Part shown: positions 51,483-60,411 of the stretch, in pieces
Position numbering within the stretch: the stretch's first letter is position 1
Layout of the letters: each line of letters starts with the position of its first letter
From: Candidatus Uhrbacteria bacterium
GTDB taxonomy: Bacteria > Patescibacteriota > Patescibacteriia > UBA9934
NCBI GenBank assembly: GCA_943359345.1
Contig: CALRHE010000001.1
Span: 1,995 to 65,994 of the forward strand
Direction: 5' to 3'
DNA length: 64,000 nucleotides
Notes under the pieces: generated by a model
What the model saw: the letters and a program-made list of their open reading frames with translations, nothing else
What the model was told of the DNA's origin: nothing
Database searches by the model: none
Position numbers and translations under genes: made by a program

Positions 51483-52559
51483 CTACAATATTGGTTCCTG
51501 AACACCAACAGGTGTTTGGATGCGAGCGTTCATGATCATGATTTCGATCTGAGCGAGCTCGGCCTCGATGTCTAAAAGCGAGCTATCAATTGTCTGAAGT
51601 GTTGCAAAGGCGGTCCGAAAGCCTCCAATCGCAAAACTGCTCATAGCCTGTGACAACAGCGAGTCAACAGCTACTATTGGGTACTCATATCCAATCAACT
51701 GCTCGCTAGTCGGTACAGTGAGACCATCGTAAGTAATGCTGGTGTCGGCCAAGGCGGCCCGGACAACCTCAATGCGCTCCAGATCAAAGCGTTGGCGAGC
51801 CTCCACCTGACCTAGCTCTGTCTTAAACATCTCCTTAAGCTCACGTTCACTCAAGGCTGACTGTTGCTCTTCATGCACCTCCATCACGACCGTGGTAGCA
51901 ACTTCGCTGACCTCACTAGTAATTTCCTTAGCTACTAAAACATCTTGGGTGGCTTCAGCTGAGGCGCTGTCGGCTACAACTTGATCAATAGCGGCTCCGA
52001 TATCCTGGAGATTTTGTGATACTGAGCTGGCTGTTGCTAAAGCACTCTCGCCACCCTCATCTTTAAGCTGGCGCAGGTTGTCACCAGCCGAGGCCACTTC
52101 TTGCTTGTAAGCCTCAATGGCGTTACGAACAAGTTCAGCATTCTGAGAATTATCCTCGGCACCCTGGAGATCAGTTGCTTCCTGAAGTCTACGACCAGCG
52201 AATTCCGTGTGCAAAACCGCACGTCGATCAAGCGAAGCTAATTTAAGCTGAGCTTTCTCCGTTAGCATTTTTACAGAGTAAAGTTTTTCGCCCGGTAAGC
52301 TATCGGCTGCACTCACAGTCGTAATCCAACCACCAGCCACAATCACCAAACTAAACGCACCCGCCATAACGGGTTTTGATAAAAATTGCGCCATGTGCCA
52401 TTTCAAATATTCGAAATACATCTCCGAAACACTAGGTGTCGGCGTTTCTTCGATCGCTTCATGTAGGCGAGCACGAATTTTTTGGAACGAAGCCTCACTC
52501 ATAGCCCCGAGTCTGGGCTCGCGCTTTAGAGCTTTCATTTTAGCTTTGAGGCTTTTCAT
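51483..52559 (-). CDS. DUF5667-type putative anti-sigma factor
   Basis: Single TM followed by SLPGEKLYSVK...E..RRL.E; overlaps the ECF sigma stop. Confidence 0.75.
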   Translation of the reverse strand: MKSLKAKMKALKREPRLGAMSEASFQKIRARLHEAIEETPTPSVSEMYFEYLKWHMAQFLSKPVMAGAFSLVIVAGGWITTVSAADSLPGEKLYSVKMLTEKAQLKLASLDRRAVLHTEFAGRRLQEATDLQGAEDNSQNAELVRNAIEAYKQEVASAGDNLRQLKDEGGESALATASSVSQNLQDIGAAIDQVVADSASAEATQDVLVAKEITSEVSEVATTVVMEVHEEQQSALSERELKEMFKTELGQVEARQRFDLERIEVVRAALADTSITYDGLTVPTSEQLIGYEYPIVAVDSLLSQAMSSFAIGGFRTAFATLQTIDSSLLDIEAELAQIEIMIMNARIQTPVGVQEPIL

Positions 52560-53079
52560 ACTTTTGCAGCGCCTGACGCGCTCGATGAATGAGAACTCGG
52601 ATATTGTTTGGGGTCTTCTGAGTAACGGCGGCGATTTCCTCTACTGTCATTTGGTCAAAGAACCGGAGCGTTATAACTTCAACTTGATCTGGAGACAACC
52701 TCTTGATATTTGCTCTCAGTTGCTCGATCTCGAGTTTGTTGGCCACGTCCTCACTCAACGACCCGGGTTGAATGGCTGCCGGACTGGTTTCAACTAGTTC
52801 TGTTGTAACCTTACGCTGCCTATAAAAGTCAGCTATCAGGTTGCGAGCAATTTTGAAGTACAAGCCACCAACCTCTTGGACATCGCTCGCCACCATATAC
52901 TCCCAGGCGCGCAGAAGAACCTCACCTGTCAACTCGTCGGCGTCCTCGTCCCTAGGCAACTTGAAGGCCAGGAAACGATATAGCTTAGGACCAAAATAGG
53001 CATACAAATCATCATAAGCCTGCCGATCTCGGAAGCGATAAACGCGAAAGGCTAGAAATTTTATGCGTGTCGGTGACAT
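52540..53079 (-). CDS. ECF RNA polymerase sigma factor
   Basis: DADELT.EV..RAW, IARNLIADFYR, LRFF..MT.EEIA......IRV..HRA. Confidence 0.92.
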   Translation of the reverse strand: MSPTRIKFLAFRVYRFRDRQAYDDLYAYFGPKLYRFLAFKLPRDEDADELTGEVLLRAWEYMVASDVQEVGGLYFKIARNLIADFYRQRKVTTELVETSPAAIQPGSLSEDVANKLEIEQLRANIKRLSPDQVEVITLRFFDQMTVEEIAAVTQKTPNNIRVLIHRARQALQKYEKPQS

Positions 53080-53167
53080 GCATGAGTCAAGAAAAATCTG
53101 TAAATCATTACTTTGACCTGAATTTCAGCCTATCTAACACTTATTTACCTATGAAAGCAACGGGTCG

Positions 53168-53196
53168 TTGACGAAATACTGACGTTTGGCTACACT
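53168..53196 (+). promoter_or_regulatory. Sigma70 promoter of the HTH gene
   Basis: TTGACG-17 nt-TACACT. Confidence 0.65.
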
Positions 53197-53271
53197 AGAG
53201 TAGACAAAAAGTCTTACGCTGTATTTACAGTCATTGTAAAGTCGCACTCCCTAGCCTTTCATTACAAGCTT

Positions 53272-53556
53272 ATGCAAACCCCTGTCCGACTGTCTGTGTC
53301 CGAGGCCGCTAAGCTCTTTGGCGTGAGTCCACGAACCATCCGTCGAGCTCTGGCTGACGGTGATATCACCTACATCGTAGTTCAAGGTCGTTACAAACTA
53401 AATTTTGAATCGCTTCTGAAGTGGTCACAGGAAACTACGACCGTACGCAACAAACTCGCCAAGTCAGGTATCGGACAATTTGTAGATAGATGGAAAATAA
53501 AAAATCGCCTCTACTCCCCTAACCCAGAAGCTCTCAAAAGTAAACCTGACGCTTAA
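53272..53556 (+). CDS. Excisionase-family (HTH_17) DNA-binding protein
   Basis: LSVSEAAKLFGVSPRTIRR HTH motif. Confidence 0.85.
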   Translation: MQTPVRLSVSEAAKLFGVSPRTIRRALADGDITYIVVQGRYKLNFESLLKWSQETTTVRNKLAKSGIGQFVDRWKIKNRLYSPNPEALKSKPDA

Positions 53557-53563
53557 CCAAAAA

Positions 53564-53599
53564 CAAAAAGACCCAGGGCGTGAGCCCTGGGTCTTTTTG
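53564..53599. terminator. Bidirectional intrinsic terminator
   Basis: CAAAAAGACCCAGGGC-GTGA-GCCCTGGGTCTTTTTG. Confidence 0.85.
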
Positions 53600-53606
53600 T
53601 AATTAC

Positions 53607-54755
53607 TTATTCAAGTGCTAGCAAACCCTCAGGTACCAGCGTGTGCACGCGGTAGATGGACAAAATTTCAGCCGCGATATCATCCCAATTGAAGGCGTCC
53701 TCTACAAAGGTACGGGCCACATGGCCAAGGCCAGCGGCCTGCATGGGGTCTCGGGCAAGCTCGACAATTTTATCAGCCAGATCCTGAACATCGTTGACCT
53801 TGAAGGTCACACCGTAGTCGCCGACAATCTCCTGGTTCTCAGGAATGTCTGAAGCAATCACGGCCTTGCCATAGCTCATGGCCTCAAGCACCGCAATCGG
53901 TAAGCCCTCGCTCGTTGAAGGGTGGACCACAAAACGGGCACCGGCAAACACAGCTCCAAGTGTCTCACCAGACTGATAGCCAGTCATGACAATCGAGGGG
54001 TCAGAAGCAGCCTGAGCTTCAAGCTGACGAACATAGTCATCAGTGAAGGCCGAACCGCCGACAATGGCAAGCTTCAAGCCCTTAGGCTTAGCAAGTTTCC
54101 AAGCCTCGATCAGCGTGTGAGCCCCCTTGTGAGGAACAAGACGCGATACCATCAGCACATAACCAAAGGGTTCAAGACCAAAAGGTTCGAGCAAAATGGG
54201 GTCAGTCGAAACGCGCTGCGGAGTAATACCGTTTGGAATATACACGGCCGTGCCGTTGTATTCAGTTTTGGCGTACTGCGCGATAGTCTTGCTCACGGCA
54301 ATAGTCGTGTGAGCAAAGGTCAGCGTAGCGCGCTCACCGAGCTTAAGCATGAAGCGAGCTAGCGGTCCCCACTTAGCGTGCCAGCGATCCACGGAGTGGA
54401 AAGTGGTAATCACGGTAGCGCGAGGAGCCAAGATGCGGGGCATCCAAGCCAGCAATGAGGGGCCGACGCCGTGGAAGTGGTAAATATCCGGACGAACAAA
54501 TATGACAGCATGAACAATCGCTATCAAGGTGTGTGTGATAGTGTCAAAGCACTTGGTGTGGAGGCTTGGCAGGCGGACCACCTGAATGCCATTAAACATA
54601 GCAGAACCCACAGTTCGTGGGGTATACCAGCGACGGGCATAAGCAATAACACTATGACCAGCGCGCACCAGACGCGTCGAAAGCTCAGTCACGTGGGTTT
54701 CCACGCCACCAAACTTACCCGGCACGCCCTTTTGTCCAATCATGACAATTTTCAT
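53607..54755 (-). CDS. Glycosyltransferase family 4
   Basis: GGVETHV, SRLVPHKG, EGLPIAVLEAMSYG. Confidence 0.92.
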   Translation of the reverse strand: MKIVMIGQKGVPGKFGGVETHVTELSTRLVRAGHSVIAYARRWYTPRTVGSAMFNGIQVVRLPSLHTKCFDTITHTLIAIVHAVIFVRPDIYHFHGVGPSLLAWMPRILAPRATVITTFHSVDRWHAKWGPLARFMLKLGERATLTFAHTTIAVSKTIAQYAKTEYNGTAVYIPNGITPQRVSTDPILLEPFGLEPFGYVLMVSRLVPHKGAHTLIEAWKLAKPKGLKLAIVGGSAFTDDYVRQLEAQAASDPSIVMTGYQSGETLGAVFAGARFVVHPSTSEGLPIAVLEAMSYGKAVIASDIPENQEIVGDYGVTFKVNDVQDLADKIVELARDPMQAAGLGHVARTFVEDAFNWDDIAAEILSIYRVHTLVPEGLLALE

Positions 54756-54787
54756 AACCGGCTAGAATACCAAAAAATCCCCATTTT

Positions 54788-54838
54788 GTCCACCGTTCGA
54801 CAGGCTTGCGGTGGACCCTGAGCGTAGCCGAAAGGGTC
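54788..54838. repeat. Tandem REP-like hairpins
   Basis: TCCACCG-TTCGACAGGCTTG-CGGTGGA followed by GACCCTGAGCGTAGCCGAAAGGGTC. Confidence 0.7.
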
Positions 54839-54888
54839 AATAAAATTGGCCAAAATATGGCTAGTTTAGACCTGTGTTTAAAGGCCTT

Positions 54889-56124
54889 TTACTTGTGGAT
54901 AACTACACCATCGTAAACCTCAAACAGTTTAGATATGTGCTTATTAGGGTCGGCGTTGGCCTTAGCGTATCGAAACGCCCCCTGCCCCATCCGTTCTAAG
55001 TCCTCAGGGTGTTTTAAGGCCCTTTTAAGCAGAGTGTTTAAATCCTGAATATCTCCAGCCTTAAAGATCAGGCCATTAACACCATCTTTAACCTTTTCAG
55101 GTAAACCACCAGCGTCGCTCACGACGACCGGCGTCCCACAGGCCATAGCCTCGATGGCCACGAGCCCATACGGCTCAGCCCAGCGTGACGGAACCATGAC
55201 TAACTGAACCCTCGCCATCAAGGCCCAAAGTTCTTGACTGCTCAAATAACCCAAGTATTCAAAATTATCTAACCTAGCCTGAGCATCCCGTACCTGAGTT
55301 TCGAGCGGACCGGTGCCGGTCATAAAAAATTTGGTCTTAGGGAAAGTTTCCGCTGCTTGTAAAAATAAATCTACACCTTTGTAAGTCTCTAGCCGTCCAG
55401 AAAATAATATCCCCTCACGAGCAGTCGAGCTGACTGATGGTGGTGCCTCAACGCCTGACAAAAAATTTCCAGCAAACAAGGGCAAGACCGTCATTTTATT
55501 GGCTGGGTAGCCTGCTTTCACGAGCGTCTGCTTCACAAATTCTGACGACGGCAAGTACACATCTATAGCTCGATCATAAAGTTTAAGGGCTTTATGAAAA
55601 CGATAAATTAATTCAAGTGCCAAGGTGGCAATAAATGAATTTTTGATATAACGGCTTCTAGCCACCGTCAGCAGCTTAAGATTTTCTGGCTTGAGTGGGC
55701 GTTGACCGCTCCACAAACCATAATTGGCGCTCACAAGCGCGTAGTCGTGCACGGTCATGACGACTGGAACACACTGGGCCCGACAAGCTGCCAAGACTGA
55801 TGGCGATAAATGTGTGTAGGCATTATGCAGATGCACTACATCCGGCCTGAAGGCTTTTAGCATGGCTTTCATTTTACGCCTGGCCTCAAACGACCATAAG
55901 GCCCGCCCCAATTGTCGAAACATGTCGATCCCATAACCCACGTGCGAGGTGTCGAGTGAGGATACGAAATATTTGTCCCAGGCGCTCGGAAGATTACGTG
56001 GATCGTGCATGGCAAAAATAGCCACGGCGTGACCCGCCTGCTCCTCAAGCCGCATAACATCAAACAGGTAGCGACCTGCGCCGTCATGATCATGGTAGTA
56101 CTTGTGGACGTGGAGAATGCGCAT
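54889..56124 (-). CDS. Glycosyltransferase family 4
   Basis: GRLETYKG, PSRWAEPYGLVAIEAMACG. Confidence 0.92.
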   Translation of the reverse strand: MRILHVHKYYHDHDGAGRYLFDVMRLEEQAGHAVAIFAMHDPRNLPSAWDKYFVSSLDTSHVGYGIDMFRQLGRALWSFEARRKMKAMLKAFRPDVVHLHNAYTHLSPSVLAACRAQCVPVVMTVHDYALVSANYGLWSGQRPLKPENLKLLTVARSRYIKNSFIATLALELIYRFHKALKLYDRAIDVYLPSSEFVKQTLVKAGYPANKMTVLPLFAGNFLSGVEAPPSVSSTAREGILFSGRLETYKGVDLFLQAAETFPKTKFFMTGTGPLETQVRDAQARLDNFEYLGYLSSQELWALMARVQLVMVPSRWAEPYGLVAIEAMACGTPVVVSDAGGLPEKVKDGVNGLIFKAGDIQDLNTLLKRALKHPEDLERMGQGAFRYAKANADPNKHISKLFEVYDGVVIHK

Positions 56125-56144
56125 ATCGGCTCACTTTTCCGGGT

Positions 56145-57677
56145 TTACAACACTTTTTCTCGTTGACCAAGAGCGATGACCACGCCCGCCATGGTCCATA
56201 AATATGGGGCTAACGTACGCACTTCAAGGAAGGTGGCTAAACACGCGTTCAGCCCGACCGCTAACATGGCCGCACATACGCCCAGCGCCAGTGCTCGTGT
56301 TTCAGCATCTGACGACTTGTGATACACGCGTAAACAAGCTGCAAACAAAGCTAGGTACAACCATAAATACATGGCCAGCCCCAAGCTGCCGACTTCGCCC
56401 CACAAACTAAACCAGTTGTTATCAATGTAGCCATCAGTTCCGTAAACACCAAAAGGTAAACTCAATTCGTCATACACCTGCGTGTTACCAAGCGCCGCCG
56501 CTGTACCGCCTCCATACATACCCGGACCGTGACCAAAAATCGGTGAGGCCGGTACAACTTCCGTGATGGTCTGCACCACCCAGTACAGTCTACCTAAGCC
56601 GTGATACTCACCTACCCAACGCTCGTAGGAGAAAGCCTCAAAGAAACGATTAGTGATCGACTGATCAGACACATCTACCAACTCACGCACAACCAGTCCT
56701 GTTAGAGCTATATACGACAAGAGCAGCGTGGGAATAATCATCGTAGCCGCGATGACACGTTTGTCGCGTTTGATGAAGGCAGCGATAAACAAAAAACCAA
56801 GTAAAAATCCAAACCAAGCCGAGCGTGAATACGTCAATGCGAGTACAGGTAAGCTAGCCATCAACACCAGCCAAACCCATAAACGATCTTTATCCTTGGT
56901 TGCTCGTTCGTAAATCACGGCCACCATCATCAGCATGATAAAGGCCATAAACGTTCCCAGTTGATCATACCGGCCGAGAGTACCAAACACGCGCTGACCA
57001 GGATCCCAAAACTGAACCGTACCAGCAGTTAATTGGATGTCTCCGAGTGTGTGGCGTTCGCCAGGCAATAAAAAAGTGTCCAAGCGTTCGCCAACAACTA
57101 TCTGAGCTGCACCCAAAAACACCTGGAACAACAAAACTGCGCCCAAGGCCATAAGTACAATTCTCGCCCACCTCTTGCTAGGTGCTAATTGCACGGTCAC
57201 AAAGAACAAAAACATGAAGCGTAAAATCTGGCGCACGCCGAGCACGGCCGGCATAATCGGCAAGAAATTGACAATTACTGAAGCAATCACCGCAAAGAGC
57301 AGAAAAGCAAACGGAACATCAATCGAAGTGCGCTTAAAACGTAATTCACCGGTAATCAACTTCCAGAGCGTAGCGGCGACTAACAAATAAATCAGCAATT
57401 CAGATCCGTACTTGGCATAAACGTATAATTCGTCCGGTATCCACTTTAAAATAAACGGCTCAAAGGGCAAGTATGTAAGTAAAAATGCCAAACTCCAGGT
57501 GGGACGAAAAAACGTAAACACCGCCGCCGTGGTAGCCCCCACCACCGCCACCACTAATCCCGGTGACACAAACACGACTCCCAAGATGGCGGCCGTGAGT
57601 AATAAAAATAATCCTCCCAGTGACCACTTGGCCCGCATTTCAGAGGCGTAATAAATAGAGTGCAGGTTCAAAAGCAT
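56145..57677 (-). CDS. O-antigen ligase / Wzy-like polytopic protein
   Basis: RVFGTLG, LTYSRSAW, PIFGHGPG, DNNW..L..E.G.LG. Start ATG 57677 after TGGTATACT. Confidence 0.85.
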   Translation of the reverse strand: MLLNLHSIYYASEMRAKWSLGGLFLLLTAAILGVVFVSPGLVVAVVGATTAAVFTFFRPTWSLAFLLTYLPFEPFILKWIPDELYVYAKYGSELLIYLLVAATLWKLITGELRFKRTSIDVPFAFLLFAVIASVIVNFLPIMPAVLGVRQILRFMFLFFVTVQLAPSKRWARIVLMALGAVLLFQVFLGAAQIVVGERLDTFLLPGERHTLGDIQLTAGTVQFWDPGQRVFGTLGRYDQLGTFMAFIMLMMVAVIYERATKDKDRLWVWLVLMASLPVLALTYSRSAWFGFLLGFLFIAAFIKRDKRVIAATMIIPTLLLSYIALTGLVVRELVDVSDQSITNRFFEAFSYERWVGEYHGLGRLYWVVQTITEVVPASPIFGHGPGMYGGGTAAALGNTQVYDELSLPFGVYGTDGYIDNNWFSLWGEVGSLGLAMYLWLYLALFAACLRVYHKSSDAETRALALGVCAAMLAVGLNACLATFLEVRTLAPYLWTMAGVVIALGQREKVL

Positions 57678-57704
57678 GGCGTCAGTATACCAAAAATGCA
57701 CGAA

Positions 57705-57739
57705 GGCCCAGCCTCTCCCCACGCGGGAGTGACTGGGCC
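57705..57739 (-). terminator. Hairpin closing island gene 1
   Basis: GGCCCAG...CTGGGCC stem just after the stop. Confidence 0.55.
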
Positions 57740-57746
57740 CAAGAAA

Positions 57747-58412
57747 CTACGCTGGCAAGCAGTCGAGGTCGCTGCCATCGCAGTCAAAGTCGACAGGCTC
57801 CGCTTCACATTCGCCAAGCGGGGCTGCGGGGTAGACATCAGCTCGCGTGTCGTTGCAGTCACGCGGATCGTTGTACTCGTCCCCGTCGCCGTTCTGGTCG
57901 GCCAGGATGAAACTCGCCGACGGCTTGTCGCACTGCCGGCTGTCGATAGCCTCGTTCCCGAACAAATCCTCGTCCAGGTCCTGAATCCAGAGCAGCTTGG
58001 CGGTGACATTGCTGTCCCAGTCATCCGGCTGGGCATCACAATCTTCGTCCACGTCATCCGGGTCACAGACCTCGGGAGCGCCAGGATGAACGTTGGCGAG
58101 CACGTCATCACAATCGCCAGGCAAGCTGGCGTCATCGCAAGCAAACTCATGCTCGCAGTAGCCGTCGCCATCGTTGTCGATGACGGTCTGGTCCACGTAC
58201 GGACCGGTGTCCGTATCTGGCGGCGTGGCCGAATCGGTCTCACCCGTGGAACCCGAGTCAACGTACGGCGGCGTGGCCGAATCGGTCTCCTCCGCGGTTC
58301 CCGAGTCAGGGTAAACGTACACAATCTCAGTCGGCATCTCTACTGCCGGCGGCGGCGCACAGCCAGCCAAGGTCAGCCAAATGAAGCCGAAGGGGCTAAG
58401 CAACTTGTTCAT
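57747..58412 (-). CDS. Lipoprotein with MopE-related putative metal-binding (DxDxD/DCDD..HPGA.E.CD) repeats
   Basis: SD GGAGG, lipobox LAGC, duplicated ETDSATPP linker, two Cys/Asp-rich motifs; GC-rich. Confidence 0.75.
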   Translation of the reverse strand: MNKLLSPFGFIWLTLAGCAPPPAVEMPTEIVYVYPDSGTAEETDSATPPYVDSGSTGETDSATPPDTDTGPYVDQTVIDNDGDGYCEHEFACDDASLPGDCDDVLANVHPGAPEVCDPDDVDEDCDAQPDDWDSNVTAKLLWIQDLDEDLFGNEAIDSRQCDKPSASFILADQNGDGDEYNDPRDCNDTRADVYPAAPLGECEAEPVDFDCDGSDLDCLPA

Positions 58413-58513
58413 GTTTCCTCCAAGGAAAGAACCCACCCCTAGCATAATCCGCAAGCGCAGATCAGGTCTAGGGGTGACCAAGCAAGATAATCTAAAAAAC
58501 GCATAAAAGCAAA

Positions 58514-58550
58514 TCGACCCCCATCACCGCGTGAGCGATGTGGGGGTCGA
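58514..58550 (-). terminator. Intrinsic terminator after island gene 2
   Basis: TCGACCCCCA...TGGGGGTCGA followed by TTTGCTTTT on the minus strand. Confidence 0.7.
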
Positions 58551-58561
58551 AGAAGAAGACG

Positions 58562-59230
58562 CTACTGCCAGAACTCGTGCTCACACCCGCCCACGCCGTT
58601 GCTGACGGGCGTAGGCTCTGGGCCAGGTTCCCCATCCACGAGCACGGAGAACTCCCCGTGCTCGGTGAAGAGGTTGCCCTCGCAACTCCAGTGCGTGGCG
58701 CCGGCCGCGTCGGTGTAGCTCGCCGAGAGCTCCCAGCGGGAGCCGTCCGGCGTGCACACGTCATAAGCGGCGACCACGTCGTAGTTGACCACGGTAACCG
58801 TCATGCCAACGGGTGAACCCGTGTGAATGCCGGTGACGTACTCGAACCCACCGTACGTGGCCTCGAGCATGCCGGACAAGGTCACCATGACCGTACCGAC
58901 CGGCACGGTGTAGGTGATGGTCACCCGGGACTCGTCGCCCCAGCACTCGTCGTCGGACAGGGCTACGCCGGTATCCTCAGGCTCGGTCGAACCGTGCCCG
59001 GTGGTGACCGGCTCGCCGGCAGTGTCCTCGGGCTCGGTCGGATCGTCGGTGGTGACCGGCTCAGTCGGATCGACCGGCTCGAGTGCACCACCTCCGGGCT
59101 GGCCGAAGGCCGGAGAGTCGGAGCTGTCGCCCCGCTCCGGGAGGGTGGTGACCACCGGCTCGCTGCCTGGGTCGTTGGGCATCCGCTCCACGCCGCACGC
59201 GGCGAGGGTAACGAAAAACATGGAACGCAT
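58562..59230 (-). CDS. Hypothetical lipoprotein with Pro/Thr/Glu/Asp linker
   Basis: SD GGAGG, MRSMFFVTLAAC lipobox, EPVTT/EPEDT repeats, Cys-containing C-domain. Confidence 0.7.
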   Translation of the reverse strand: MRSMFFVTLAACGVERMPNDPGSEPVVTTLPERGDSSDSPAFGQPGGGALEPVDPTEPVTTDDPTEPEDTAGEPVTTGHGSTEPEDTGVALSDDECWGDESRVTITYTVPVGTVMVTLSGMLEATYGGFEYVTGIHTGSPVGMTVTVVNYDVVAAYDVCTPDGSRWELSASYTDAAGATHWSCEGNLFTEHGEFSVLVDGEPGPEPTPVSNGVGGCEHEFWQ

Positions 59231-59331
59231 CGTATCCTCCAGGAAAGTCGCAAGACAGGTACTGCCAACCCGAAATTGGGTTATGCGATGCCGTGCCTCA
59301 ATCGGAAAGTTGGGTGCTTTCACGACATACA

Positions 59332-59360
59332 ACTATAACAAAAATTAGCTTAAAAGTCAA
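59332..59360 (-). promoter_or_regulatory. Sigma70 promoter of island gene 2
   Basis: TTGACT-17 nt-TATAGT with extended TG. Confidence 0.75.
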
Positions 59361-59427
59361 GGCGCTATCAGTCAAAAATCAACAAATCATTGAGTTATTT
59401 CAAATAAAATTCATACCTAAACGCAAA

Positions 59428-59460
59428 GCCGACCCCCAACGCAGAAGCGTAGGAGGTCGG
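59428..59460 (-). terminator. Terminator after island gene 3
   Basis: CCGACC..CGCAGAAGCG..GGTCGG stem followed by CTTTGCGTTT on the minus strand. Confidence 0.6.
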
Positions 59461-59502
59461 AGAGGCCGTTTAGCGTCCAGAGGGACGCAAGGTGGCCAAG
59501 AC

Positions 59503-60123
59503 CTAGAGGCAGGACTCGTCGGGCGGGGCGATGCCCTGGGTGAGCGGGAGGACAATGCCGTCCCGCACCTCCCACAGGTAGTGGGTGGACTCGCGGCTGC
59601 CCTCGGGACAGCCGGCGCCATCCAGGTGGTGGACGACGTACTGCTCGTTGTCCCAGGACGTGAGCCCCAGACCAACGTCCTGCCAGCCCGCGGCCCCGTA
59701 GGCCTCGAAGCTACCGGCATCGACGGCGACCACCTGGTACAGGCTGTCGCGCATCTGCCGGAAGGCCCAGCCTACGCGGACGTCCTCGACCACGTAGGGC
59801 ACAAGCGGTGCCCACGGATCGAACCAGGTGTTGGCTGCATCCGGCTCGTAGACGCCACCGCCGTAACCCACCAGCCACAGGTTGGTGGTGACGGCCGGCA
59901 AGCCGACGTTGTCGAAGATCACGAGGTACGGCTCGGAGCCGTCCTCGGTACCGAAGCCGAAGCTCTGGTAGGTGTCTTCGACACCGTCGTTGTTGCTGTC
60001 GCCGTCGGGCCCGGTGGGCTCGACCGCTGTCTGCTGCGGCGCGGCGCCGGTGTCGGCGGCGAGGTGACGATCTTCGACGCAGGCACCCATGGTGGCCGCG
60101 ACACAAACGAACAAGGAACGCAT
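59503..60123 (-). CDS. Hypothetical lipoprotein
   Basis: SD GGAGA, MRSLFVCVAATMGAC lipobox-like N-terminus, DGDSNNDGVED Ca-binding-like motif; GC-rich. Confidence 0.65.
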   Translation of the reverse strand: MRSLFVCVAATMGACVEDRHLAADTGAAPQQTAVEPTGPDGDSNNDGVEDTYQSFGFGTEDGSEPYLVIFDNVGLPAVTTNLWLVGYGGGVYEPDAANTWFDPWAPLVPYVVEDVRVGWAFRQMRDSLYQVVAVDAGSFEAYGAAGWQDVGLGLTSWDNEQYVVHHLDGAGCPEGSRESTHYLWEVRDGIVLPLTQGIAPPDESCL

Positions 60124-60340
60124 GCTGTCTCCAGTGGCCCGAAGGCCGGTTGATTGTGAGCCGGTAACTACTCATGTTCCAGTCCCGAAGGACGAGACTG
60201 ATACACCGGTGGCTCTGATCCGGCGATGACAGTCTGCTAAGTGACGTAGATAAACTATCTACTATCTACCTACCGAACTATCATCGCTTGACCTTTTATT
60301 AAAGACGGAGGTTGTAAAAGTATTTCAGGGAAGAAGTGTC

Positions 60341-60387
60341 TGAGCGGGGCAGGTTCCAGGCAGAAGCCATGAAACCCGCCCCACTCA
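60341..60387 (-). terminator. Hairpin after island gene 4
   Basis: TGAGCGGGGC...GCCCCACTCA stem. Confidence 0.5.
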
Positions 60388-60411
60388 CGTTTGATCGGTA
60401 GACCTGTTGGC

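Noticed and set aside
53219-53230. CTGTATTTACAG as a LexA SOS box
   Set aside because: Spacing is CTGT-N4-ACAG, not N8. It might be an operator for the HTH protein, but nothing supports that.
53272-53556. Excisionase as evidence of an integrated element
   Set aside because: No integrase, att repeats or adjacent tRNA; more likely a stand-alone regulator.
60130-60240. Hammerhead-like ribozyme in the gene 3 leader
   Set aside because: The CUGAUGA/GAAA core was not found in the required arrangement.
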